From contig PHEV01000003.1 of assembly GCA_002843035.1 (NCBI GenBank), forward strand, positions 7,890 through 71,889: a stretch of DNA of 64,000 bases. The letters are read 5' to 3'. The DNA is from Actinobacteria bacterium HGW-Actinobacteria-5 (GTDB lineage Bacteria; Actinomycetota; Actinomycetes; Propionibacteriales; Propionibacteriaceae). The notes under the pieces are model-generated. The model worked only from the letters and a program-made list of their open reading frames with translations, searched no databases and was not told where the DNA came from. The stretch's first letter is position 1. Every line of letters begins with the position of its first letter. A program made the position numbers and the translations under genes. Shown here piece after piece: positions 9,534 through 19,100 of this stretch.

Positions 9534-10631
9534 ATGAAGTGGGTGGGATTGTCTGTGGCGTTGGCCCTGGTCGTGTTCCTCGGGATCCCGATCGGGATCA
9601 TCACCGTGGGCGTGGTCGCTGTTGCGCCAGCCGTGCAGGAACAGATCCGGCAAGACCCGTGCAGCGCCTACGACACCGCCGCCACCACCTTGTCGGCCAC
9701 CAGCTCGACCGCCTCCAGCAGCAGCTTCGAACTGCCCCGATGGGGCACACCCCGACACCAGTCACTGAGCAGCCCGGCCCAGTCCATCCCGGCCCGCGTC
9801 AAGACCCTGTACGTCGCGGCCGCGAACCGCTACAAGATCCCTTGGCAGCTGCTGGCCGGCATCGGGATGGCCGAGACCCGGCACGGCCGCAACAACCGCA
9901 CCAGCTCCGCCGGCGCCCAAGGCCTGATGCAGTTCATGCCGGGCACCTTCCGCGCCTACGGGGTCGACGGCGACGGCGACGGGCGCCGCGACATCCACAA
10001 CGACGCCGACAGCATCTTCTCCGCCGCCAACTACCTGGTTCATTCCGGGGTCAAGAACGGCAAAGCCGGAGTGATCAGGGCGCTGTGGGCCTACAACCGG
10101 TCGATCACCTACCGCAACGACGTGCTCTACTACGCTTGGTCGTACGCCGGCAAAGCCGGGGTGGTGGTGTCCACCGAGGACCCCGACGACTGCATCCCCG
10201 TCGACGGTGACCTGCCCGGCTTCGACGACACCTGCGCGGCTTCCCACTCGGCGGCTGAGCGCGGCCTGCGGGCCACGGCGGTGCACGGACTGCGGTGCGT
10301 CAAGCAGGCGTTCCCGGCGATCACCAGCATGGGCGGCCGCCGCTCGAGCTCCTCGTCGACGTGCAGCTTCTCCGACCACTGCACCGGTCTGGCGGTGGAC
10401 TTCATGATCCCCAAGTGGAACACGCGTGCGGGCAACGCCTACGGCTGGCGGGTCGCGCACTGGGTGCAGGCCCACGCCAAACAGCTGCGCGTGAAGTACA
10501 TCATCTGGGACGTCAAGAAGTGGAACCCGTCGGCCGGCCAGAAGTGGCGGCCCTACCGGCATCCCTACGGCAACAGCAACCCGACCCTCGCACACAAGAA
10601 CCACGTCCACGTCAGCTTCTACGCCCGCTAA
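9534..10631 (+). CDS. secreted cell-wall hydrolase: lytic transglycosylase (SLT) plus C-terminal peptidase-like domain
   Basis: N-terminal TM/signal segment. SLT motifs GMAETRHG, GLMQFMPGTF and AANYL are present. The C-terminal part carries HCTGLAVDF...HKNHVHVSF, which looks like metal-binding His/Asp. Confidence 0.8.
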   Translation: MKWVGLSVALALVVFLGIPIGIITVGVVAVAPAVQEQIRQDPCSAYDTAATTLSATSSTASSSSFELPRWGTPRHQSLSSPAQSIPARVKTLYVAAANRYKIPWQLLAGIGMAETRHGRNNRTSSAGAQGLMQFMPGTFRAYGVDGDGDGRRDIHNDADSIFSAANYLVHSGVKNGKAGVIRALWAYNRSITYRNDVLYYAWSYAGKAGVVVSTEDPDDCIPVDGDLPGFDDTCAASHSAAERGLRATAVHGLRCVKQAFPAITSMGGRRSSSSSTCSFSDHCTGLAVDFMIPKWNTRAGNAYGWRVAHWVQAHAKQLRVKYIIWDVKKWNPSAGQKWRPYRHPYGNSNPTLAHKNHVHVSFYAR

Positions 10632-10643
10632 CCCGAGGAAGGA

Positions 10644-11158
10644 ATGCTCCTGATGATGCTCCAGTCGGGCCGGACAAAGGACCCGTACCCGTTCACCTGG
10701 GAGATCCCGGCCGCCGCTCTCGCCGTGTGGGTGATGCTGGCGGTCCTGACGGCCCACCTCGGCCGTGCCTTGGCGAACCTCACCTCCGGCGCCGGGTGGA
10801 CGTGGCCGTCCAGCCGGACCCTGTTCACAAGCTTGCCGGCGCTCTTGGCCGGCGACCCAACGGCGGCAGCCCCGCCTCCCTCGCCGGCTGGATCGTCAGC
10901 CTGCAGCTGCTGCTCCTGGCCGCCACCATCACCGGCGGCGTGTGGGCGGTGCGCCGCTGGGGCCCAGGACGGATGAAGGGCATGGCCAGCCGAGCCGAGG
11001 CCGAGGCCGTGCTGGGGCTCACCCGGCTACGGAAGGCCGCCAGGATCATCCGGCCCGACCTTCACCCCAACTCACCCGCGCGGGGCAACGCCGGCCCCCG
11101 CGGCATCCCCGACACCCAACCAGGACGCATGTCCAGCCGACAAGGAGAACGCACATGA
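10644..11158 (+). pseudogene. coupling-protein (VirD4/TraG-type) N-terminal transmembrane module; needs a -1 frame change near 10851-10870
   Basis: Frame of 10644 codes for MLLMMLQSGRTKDPYPFTWEIPAAALAVWVMLAVLTAHL...LLAGDP. The GC3 signal then moves to the frame of ORF 10295..11158, which codes for ...SLAGWIVSLQLLLLAATITGGVWAVRRWGPGRMKGMASRAEAEAVLG...RPDL. The end of this gene is ATGA-coupled to the next gene, so translation reaches 11158. Confidence 0.5.
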
Positions 11159-11316
11159 CCCAGCAGCCCCACCCGATCGATCCGGCGCCTGACGCGCTGA
11201 ACGCACCGCACAATCCGCTGCGCGCCGACCTCCTCTGGCGCCCGAACGACCAGCTGGAATCGGTGCTGGAGCAGGCGGGGGCCAACCCGAACGAGACCAC
11301 CGATGACCACGCATGA
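11155..11316 (+). CDS. small hypothetical protein
   Basis: SD aaggaga is present, and the ATG at 11155 overlaps the upstream TGA. The protein is 53 aa. Confidence 0.5.
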   Translation: MTQQPHPIDPAPDALNAPHNPLRADLLWRPNDQLESVLEQAGANPNETTDDHA

Positions 11317-12415
11317 GCCCGTGCCGCGGCTTCAGCTGTCCAGCCCCGGTGATGTCGCCCAGCTGGTCCCCTACCTGATCGGCTTCGTTCCGCAGGAGTC
11401 CTTGGTTCTTCTGGTCACCAGACAGGGCAGAGTCGAAGTCACGGCCCGCGCCGACCTCGCCGACGTCCAGCCCAACGGCCAAGCTGAGCACCTGATCGAT
11501 CGGATCTGGGGACGCTTCCCCGACGCTGACGCGTTCATGGTGGCCTACACCGATCAGCCCGCACAGGGGTGGGGCGTCCTCCGACGCTGCCGCCAGCACC
11601 TCCCAGCCGGCGCCGACGGCCAATGCATGCTCGTCGCAGGCGACACCTGGCACACCGAGGGTGGCGCGGCCGGGATGGTCGACCGGTTCGGCCGCATCGC
11701 CGCCCAGGCCACCTACGCCGGTATGGCAGCATCACGAAGCAGAGCCGATCTGGAAGCCCGCTTCGCCAGCCCGGCCGACAGTGTCGAACTGGACCGGGCG
11801 GTCGCCGCCGCCAGCGGCCGGCTGCCGGCCGTCACCGACACCGCCCGGATCGTCGAACGCACCCTCGACCTCATCGGCCAGTACCGCCGTGACGACAACA
11901 ACGCGGCGCCGCCCAACGCGGCGGGCCGGATCCCCGCAGAGGACGCCGCACATCTGGCCCTGCTCGGACTCACCAGTGCCGGCAGGGACACAGCGCTGCT
12001 GTCGATCACCCCCACCGACGCCGCCAGCCACCTCGAGTTGTGGCGCGCGGTCGTCAACGCCGTCCCCGCCTCCTACGCCGAAGCCGCCACCTACTTGGCG
12101 GGAATGGCCGCCTGGATGACGGGCGACGGCGCGGTAGCCTGCGTGGCGCTGAGCCGGTCCCTCGAGATTGCCGACAGGACCGCCGCCGAGCCACTGGCCG
12201 GCCTTCTCGACAGGCTCATCGACCAGGTCGTTCCTCCCACGGCATGGGAGCAGGTTCGCGAGCAGGCGCTCACCCTCACCGAACCGGAGGTGCGGCGGGC
12301 GATCCAGCAGCCAGCGGTCCCCACCCTGAGCTGGGAGAACGTGCCGCCGCCGGTGCCGAAACCCACCCGTCAGCGACCCGGCGAAGCACCGCCGTCGCCG
12401 GGCATCGGGATCTAG
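11303..12415 (+). CDS. DUF4192-family protein
   Basis: The N-terminus PGDVAQLVPYLIGFVPQESLVLL is the characteristic DUF4192 signature, recognised from memory. Confidence 0.7.
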   Translation: MTTHEPVPRLQLSSPGDVAQLVPYLIGFVPQESLVLLVTRQGRVEVTARADLADVQPNGQAEHLIDRIWGRFPDADAFMVAYTDQPAQGWGVLRRCRQHLPAGADGQCMLVAGDTWHTEGGAAGMVDRFGRIAAQATYAGMAASRSRADLEARFASPADSVELDRAVAAASGRLPAVTDTARIVERTLDLIGQYRRDDNNAAPPNAAGRIPAEDAAHLALLGLTSAGRDTALLSITPTDAASHLELWRAVVNAVPASYAEAATYLAGMAAWMTGDGAVACVALSRSLEIADRTAAEPLAGLLDRLIDQVVPPTAWEQVREQALTLTEPEVRRAIQQPAVPTLSWENVPPPVPKPTRQRPGEAPPSPGIGI

Positions 12416-12425
12416 GGAACTCGCC

Positions 12426-13298
12426 ATGACCACTTCACCGGACGGCGAGAGGGAATGGGACGTGCCCACGGTGCTGGCCTACGCCTGGGCGGTCGTTGAG
12501 GAGTACGGCTGGGCGCCCAAGACGGTAGCCGCACGAGGGCGCATGTCGACCAGTGACCGGGTGACGCTGGCGCTGGGAACGAGTCTGCCCGAACAATCCC
12601 TCGAGGCGCGGGCCGAGATCTCAGAGCGGATCGGACCGCACCTGGACCGCGGGCGGCAGATGGCTCCCCAGATCACCGCGATCCTCCTGACCCGGCTCAG
12701 CGGCAGTGCAGGCTACGAAGCGGACCTGGCCGCGCTCCTGCGGGCCGGGAAGATGATGCCCGGGCCGCAGCTCGGCCTGGCGGTCAGCGCCATCGCGGTC
12801 TACAGGCGGCTCGCCGAACGCCGCCTTGCTGCCGAGCAGGCCGCGGTGAGAGGCCACGGTCAGACCACCAGGATCAGACGGTTCGGGAAGGTGGGGCAGA
12901 AGGTAACCCTGACCGGCGAGGTGGTCACAGCCCTCAAGGTCGACGGGTTCACCCGGAACTCCGCCCCACAGATCATGCTCGTCCTCGACTGCGGCACAGC
13001 GGTAGCAAAGATGGTCACCACCGCCGGATGGGCCCACACCGTCCACGTCGGCGACACCCTGACTGTTGAGGCGATCGTGAAGGCACATCACAGCTACCTG
13101 GGACTGCCGCAGACGCGGCTGGCACGGCCCAAGGTCCTGAACGGGCCCGTCCCTGCCAAGCACGCCACTGAAGTGCCATCGCCCAATCAGGCCCCAAACC
13201 CAGTCTGGGAGACGGTGAAGCCGATCCCTCCGCAAGCCCGGTTTCAGCAGGCTCCACTGGAGACTGCTTCACCGCATTCGCGGCGCATACCCAGCTGA
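12426..13298 (+). CDS. hypothetical protein
   Basis: Long ORF with high GC3 and tight spacing to its neighbours. Confidence 0.65.
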   Translation: MTTSPDGEREWDVPTVLAYAWAVVEEYGWAPKTVAARGRMSTSDRVTLALGTSLPEQSLEARAEISERIGPHLDRGRQMAPQITAILLTRLSGSAGYEADLAALLRAGKMMPGPQLGLAVSAIAVYRRLAERRLAAEQAAVRGHGQTTRIRRFGKVGQKVTLTGEVVTALKVDGFTRNSAPQIMLVLDCGTAVAKMVTTAGWAHTVHVGDTLTVEAIVKAHHSYLGLPQTRLARPKVLNGPVPAKHATEVPSPNQAPNPVWETVKPIPPQARFQQAPLETASPHSRRIPS

Positions 13299-13310
13299 GA
13301 GGAACTCACG

Positions 13311-14756
13311 ATGACCATACGTTCAGGCTTCGATCCGAGCCAGGTGGGATGGCGCATCGGCCGGGCGGTGGAACCGCGCGGCAGCGACCTGTGGTGCCCG
13401 TGGGACCGTACCGCCGGGGTGATCGGTCCGCAGGGGTCGGGCAAGACTTTGGACCTGCTCACCCCCGCGCTGTTGTCAGCGCCGGGGGCGGCCCTGGTGA
13501 CGCTGACGAAGACCGACGACCTGCTGTTGTCGATCACTGCCCGCGGCCGCGGCGGCCGCCCGACCCGGGTGCTTGATCCGTTCTCCCAGGCCGACGGACT
13601 ACCCGAACTGATCTGGGACCCGATCGCCGGCTGCGTCGACCCGACCGTGGCGGAGCGTCGGGCGAAGGCGTTCATCGCCGGCACGATCAAGTCCTCCACC
13701 AGCGGTCACGGGTCGCCGAGCGACGGGGCAGCCCGGTTCTACACCGCCGAGGCGGCCAAAGTGTTGCAGTGCTACTTCCACGCCGCCGCGCTCGCCGGGC
13801 TCGACCTGGACCGCGTTCTGGAATGGGTCGACCGGCCGCAGGCCACCTCCGAACCCGCCGAGATCCTGCTGAACCATCCCGGCGCCGCGCTGCACTGGCA
13901 CGGCCTGCTGCAGGGGGCACTGACCGGCGACGACCGCACCGTCGGGAACACGACCACAACGGTGCACCAGGCGATGGGCCTGTTCTACCAGCCCAGCATC
14001 CGGGCCCGATGCGTCCCCAGCACAGGCCGGCCCGCAACCGACATTGCTGAGGTGATCCGAGCCGGTGGAACCTTCTACCTCCTGGGCCGCGACGACCCGT
14101 ACACCAGCGCCTCACCACTGATGACCGCGCTGGCCGAACACATCCTCGACACCGCTTTGCAGTTGGCGAACACCAGCCCGTGGGGACGGCTGTGCCCGCC
14201 CATGCTTGCCTGCCTCGACGAGCTGCCCTCCACCGCGCCGCTGCCGACGCTGAGGACCCGAATGGCCAACGAAAGGGCCCTGGGGATCTCGATCATCTAC
14301 GCCGCCCAGACCTGGCGGCAGCTCGCCTCCGTGTTCGGCGAGACCGAGGCTCGAGCGGTTTTCGGGCTCACCAACGTGCTGGTGATGTTCGGCGGTTCGA
14401 AGGACGGACAGTTCAACAAGGAGGTGTCAGACCTGATCGGCACGGTGCGGGTGGCCCGGACCACCTGGCAGATGGGCCAGACCGGCGGCCGGTCGGCTCA
14501 CGGCGACGACATGCTCATCCTGCGCCCTGAGGAGGTCCGCCAGATCCCTGAGAAGCATGCGCTGGTGGTGGCCGAGAACAGCAAGCCGATCATCGCCAAG
14601 CTGTCACGCTGCATCGAGGGCCGCGCCGGTGAGCAGATACGCAGCCAGCAGCAGGATGCGCGCCGACGGCTCCACGACCGACGCACCCACACCATTGCCA
14701 GTGAAGCCCGGGCCGTCGCCGCGATCGCCACGAACCGAGGGAGTGACCGGCCGTGA
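13311..14756 (+). CDS. type IV coupling protein ATPase domain (VirD4/TraG/TraD-like), lacking an N-terminal TM region
   Basis: SD gagagg is present. Walker A is GPQGSGKT and the Walker-B-like motif is ACLDELPS. No hydrophobic N-terminus is seen. Confidence 0.8.
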   Translation: MTIRSGFDPSQVGWRIGRAVEPRGSDLWCPWDRTAGVIGPQGSGKTLDLLTPALLSAPGAALVTLTKTDDLLLSITARGRGGRPTRVLDPFSQADGLPELIWDPIAGCVDPTVAERRAKAFIAGTIKSSTSGHGSPSDGAARFYTAEAAKVLQCYFHAAALAGLDLDRVLEWVDRPQATSEPAEILLNHPGAALHWHGLLQGALTGDDRTVGNTTTTVHQAMGLFYQPSIRARCVPSTGRPATDIAEVIRAGGTFYLLGRDDPYTSASPLMTALAEHILDTALQLANTSPWGRLCPPMLACLDELPSTAPLPTLRTRMANERALGISIIYAAQTWRQLASVFGETEARAVFGLTNVLVMFGGSKDGQFNKEVSDLIGTVRVARTTWQMGQTGGRSAHGDDMLILRPEEVRQIPEKHALVVAENSKPIIAKLSRCIEGRAGEQIRSQQQDARRRLHDRRTHTIASEARAVAAIATNRGSDRP

Positions 14757-15400
14757 CCGGCAGCAGCCTCGCCGAGGCGTTCCCGGCACCCACCCCCGAG
14801 CTGGAGAACGCCTACAACGACCTGTTCCTTGCCGCGAACGGCGATGAGGAAACGAAGAGGCGGATCGGCAACCCGGCGCTGCTGCCACGGCCGTGGGACC
14901 CGCCGACCTGCACCCGGCCGGCACTGCGCCGCGAGCTGTGGGCCTGGCTGGAGGCGGTGGTGACCTGGTTCAACCACCAATACGTCTGGGACTTCAACGG
15001 CGGCGTCATCCCGGCCTGCTGGCCACAGCATCCACATCTGGTCCACGAGATCGCCGTGCTGGCCGACCAGCGACGAAGGGCTGGGGTGGACACCACCAGC
15101 GGCAGCCTGGAGGAATGGCACCGCTACTGCGTGCCCGCCTTCCTGGACCGTCTCCGGTCCCGTACGAAGAACGCCTGCGACGAGCGCCACGCGGCCTGGC
15201 CGGCGAAGGGACGATTCGGCCGCTACACCGAGGCCAGCAGCGTCGACGCCAGAGCGAAACTGTTCGACGACGACGTCACCGCCATACCCGGCAAGCCTGA
15301 CGACCCGGACCCGTCACCTCGGACCGGCAGCCGGCCCAGGCTGCGGCTCATCGACGCCGACGGCGTGACGATCGACCCGGCCACAGGGGAAGTCCTGTAG
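14753..15400 (+). CDS. hypothetical protein (conserved Cys/Trp/His-rich core)
   Basis: GTGA overlap with the coupling-protein stop. GC3 is high. Confidence 0.6.
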   Translation: MTGSSLAEAFPAPTPELENAYNDLFLAANGDEETKRRIGNPALLPRPWDPPTCTRPALRRELWAWLEAVVTWFNHQYVWDFNGGVIPACWPQHPHLVHEIAVLADQRRRAGVDTTSGSLEEWHRYCVPAFLDRLRSRTKNACDERHAAWPAKGRFGRYTEASSVDARAKLFDDDVTAIPGKPDDPDPSPRTGSRPRLRLIDADGVTIDPATGEVL

Positions 15401-15416
15401 TCCGGGTCTCGGCCTG

Positions 15417-16061
15417 TCACGACGGAATTAGTGCCGCGATCCACGCGCCGAGAAGTAGCCACGGCCCGTAGGGAAGGTGGCGGTCGGTGTGCTTGGTCGC
15501 GTTGATCCAGATCAGGGCGGCGGCCGAGCCGGCCAGCAACGCGACGCAGACATGGCCCAGCCCGAGCGGGCCCAGGCCGGCGCCGATGATGGCGGCCAGC
15601 TTGACGTCGCCGAATCCCAGCTCACCTCTACTCGCGAAGTGGATCACCGCGAACAGCCCGCCGCCCGCCGCGGCCCCGATCAGCGTCTGGATCGCCGCGT
15701 CCGGCCCGGCGCCGACCCACGCCACTGTGAGGATGGCGCCGGCCATGAGGAGGGCGGTGCCGCCGAGGACCCGGTTGGGTAGCCGCATCACGTCGGCGTC
15801 GACTGCGGCCAGCCAGGGTCCGCTGACGGCGAGCGGAGCGAGACCCAGGCGGCTGATGGGATCGGCGCTGAACACGGCGGCTGCCGCGAGTCCTCCGACG
15901 GCGAGCATGCCGGCCCACACCACCCACCAGCGCGGGCCGGGGTCGGGCAGGGCGACTTCGTCTTCGGCGCGGTACCGCAGTGTGGCGAGGCGTCGCCGCT
16001 GCCAGCAGCCCAGCCCGGCGCCGGCCGCGGCGGCGACGGCGATCGCGAGGATCTCGTACAT
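15417..16061 (-). CDS. A24-family prepilin (type IV leader) peptidase-like membrane protein
   Basis: Polytopic membrane protein with a GFGDVKLAAIIG motif (conserved Asp) and a C-terminal LPYGPWLLLG. Confidence 0.7.
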   Translation of the reverse strand: MYEILAIAVAAAAGAGLGCWQRRRLATLRYRAEDEVALPDPGPRWWVVWAGMLAVGGLAAAAVFSADPISRLGLAPLAVSGPWLAAVDADVMRLPNRVLGGTALLMAGAILTVAWVGAGPDAAIQTLIGAAAGGGLFAVIHFASRGELGFGDVKLAAIIGAGLGPLGLGHVCVALLAGSAAALIWINATKHTDRHLPYGPWLLLGAWIAALIPS

Positions 16062-16106
16062 GGGCTGGTCTCCTTCAGTGGTTGAGTATCCCGGACGGAG
16101 GCGCTG

Positions 16107-19100
16107 TCAGCGCTCCACTCCTGGCCGTTGGCTGCGGGTTGGGGTGTGGGCCGGCTCGATCCGTGGTTCGGCCGGATGGGGCGGCGTGGCAGCCTCCGGG
16201 TTACGGCGTGCGGCCTGGGCGGTGGCTGCGGCGGACAGGCGGTCCTTGACCTGTGAGGCCTGGTAGGCGGCCTGTTCGGCGGCCCGGCGAGGGTTCGCGT
16301 TCCAGGCCCGGACCATGCTGGCCAGTGAGGATCGGATCAGGGCCGATGGCAGACCGGTCTGTTCGGCGATGTGCTGGGCGCCGCTGGTCCACTGGTCAGG
16401 TGGCTGGGCGGCGAGCACCCGTACCGCGTCGAGCGCCGATTCGGCGCCCTCGAGGTTGGCCAGCCGCTCGTCGATCAGCGTCTCGCCGAGGGGTCTGGCG
16501 TTGGCGATCGCCTGGTTGAGGGTCTCGGCCTGGCCGGTGGCTACTAGGTCGGCCGGGTCGGCACCGTCGGGCAGTTCGGCGTAGGTCGGGTTGAGGTTGT
16601 ACATGGCGAGTAGCCAGTAGTCGCGTTCGGCTGCGACTCTTCCGGCCAAGTCGGCGTCGGTGGCGACGACAGGGGCCCGGCCAGCCCGGTGGAGCTGCGC
16701 GACCTGCTGTTCGGTGAGGCTGGTGCCCAACGGCGCGACCCCGACGTGCCGGCCGCCGCCGGCGAGGGTGACCGCGATCGCATCCATCGGCCCTTCGACG
16801 AGCACAGGGGTCTGGCCGGCTTCGAGGCTGCCGGCGATGTAGAGCTGGTCGCCCTTGTTGAAGACGGGGGTGGTGGCGGTGTTGAGGTACTTCGGGCCGC
16901 GGTTGTCGTCGTCGCTGTGGCCCGGGTTTCGCCGGGCGACGAAGCCGAGCACGGCACCGTCGTGGACGATGGGCACCACCGCCCGGTCCCGGAACCGGTC
17001 GATCAAGCGTCCGGTGGACGCGGTCTGGGCGACGCCGGATGTGAGCATTTCGGTGTCGGTGACGCCGTGGCGGCGGAGGTGGGAGACGAGTCCTGTCCAG
17101 CCGTCGGGGGCGTAGCCGGCTCGCACGGCGTCCAGCGCGGTGGTGTCGGTGCGGAGCCGATGGGTGAGGTATGGCTCGGCCCAGCTGCCGGGCAGACATC
17201 GCTGGTAGTAGGTGGCGGTGAGTTCGTTGATCTGCGTCAGTCGTGCTGCCGGCACTGGGCTTTCCGCGATCGCGTCGCCGCGCTCCATCATCCGGCGCAC
17301 GTCGGCATCGGTGGTGTCGGGGGCGCCCATGGTGCGCCGGATCATTCCCTCGATGGTGAGGACCTGCTCGTCGTCGGCGGTCAGGTCACCCTCGTCGTAG
17401 CGCACGGGGGGTTCGTCGATGGCCGGCTCGCCGGACGGCATCGGGGCAGGGTCGGCGATCGCGTCGACGACCGGGCCGGAGGGCTCCCAGCCGTCGTAGA
17501 GGTCGGCGGGTGGCGCCTGCCCGGGGTCGTCGCGGTCCTCCTCAGCTTGCTCGTGGCTGTCGGTGAGCAGTGACAGTCGCCACACCCATGCTTGACACAG
17601 ATCGGTGTGGCCGGCGTCGGTGAGGGTCTGGGTCTCTTGCAGGAGACGTTCGAGTGGCCAGCCGCGCTGCAGGCCGCGTTCGATGCTGGTGACCAGGGAG
17701 GGCCACCAGGGGCTGGACTGCAGGTCGCGGGAGATGTCCCCGACCCGGCCGGTGAAGTCGTCGAGCCAGGCGGTGGAGATGTGATGGTCGGTGTCGACGG
17801 CCTGGGCGACGGCGGGGGCGAGATGCTTCGCCAGGCGCCACCACAGGGCGGCTGCGGCGTGGTCGTCTGGCAGCGGCCCTTCGCTGGCGGCGGCGCGGAG
17901 GAGCCTGCCGGCGTCTACGCCGCTGGAGGACAGCTGCGACAGTCTCGCCGCCAGGACGGGGGCGAAGTCGTCGACCACCACGGCAGGCTCGATCCGGTTC
18001 AGCAGCGGAGACCATTCAGCGAGGGCCGCCGTCTGGGTGGATGCGAGTCGCGTTTCCAGGTGGGTCTGCCAGCGGGCCTCGGCCAGACCGTGGCGGCGCT
18101 CACCTGTCGGCCGGGTATCGCTGGGCGGGACGAGGGTCGCAGCCCGCCACACCTCGATGTCGGCCACGAGGTGGGCGCTGGGATGGCCAGTGGTCCCGGC
18201 GACCCAGTCCGGCTGGGTCGCGGACTGTGCGGTGTTGGTGCGCACCTGGTCGGCCAGCTCGGCAATCAGATCGCTGCGGGCGGCGAGATACGGCCCCCAG
18301 GTCGGGTGCTCTGCGAGCTGGCCGGGTACCCGGGACAGCCAGGGCAGTGGCCCGCGGTCGCCTCGCCACTCGGCCGCGGCCACGCGCCAGGCCAGCACTG
18401 AGCAGGGGTCGTGCGCGGTGGTCAGCGGCTCGGCGCACGCACGGGCGAGCGCCTCCACGGGGTCGCGCTGGTCGGCTTGGACCATCAGTAGCTGAGCCCG
18501 CAGTGCGGACCAGGTGGCGGCTTGGGTGAGCCGGGGGAGCGCATCGTCGACGGCCCGTTCCAGGGCGCGGACGCCGATGTCGCCGGCGACATGGGTGGCG
18601 GCGAAGCCGAGCGCGTCGCTGTAGCGGGCGCAGGCGTCCCCCAGCAGGAGCCTCGGGTCACCAGCTCGCCGCAGCTGGGTGGTTGCCGAGACCGGGGATT
18701 CGTCGCGGGCCAGGATTCGTTCCAGCATGTCGGTGGGGGAGAGCGGGTTGAGGGTCTCTGGCCTGATCACGGTGTGCTCATCTCCGTCACCAACGACGAC
18801 GACGTAGGCGTGGTTGGCGTCCCGGCCCCGGGTGAGCATCGTGTATGCCTGCTGCCGGGATTCGGCGCCGGTCAGGAGGCCGTGCATCGTGTCGGCGGTG
18901 ACGCCTTGAGCGGTGTGGGTGGTGCACGCGTAGCCCAGCTCGACCTGCTCGCTGACATAGTCCGCGGGCAGCACGATGTGGCGTCCGCTCTGGAGGTGTC
19001 TGGCCCGGATCGCGCCGTTTCGATGGACTTTCATCACCTCGAACCGGTCACCGTTCTTGACCCAGTCGGTGGCTGTGAGCTTCAGGCTGCGCTTGTTCAG

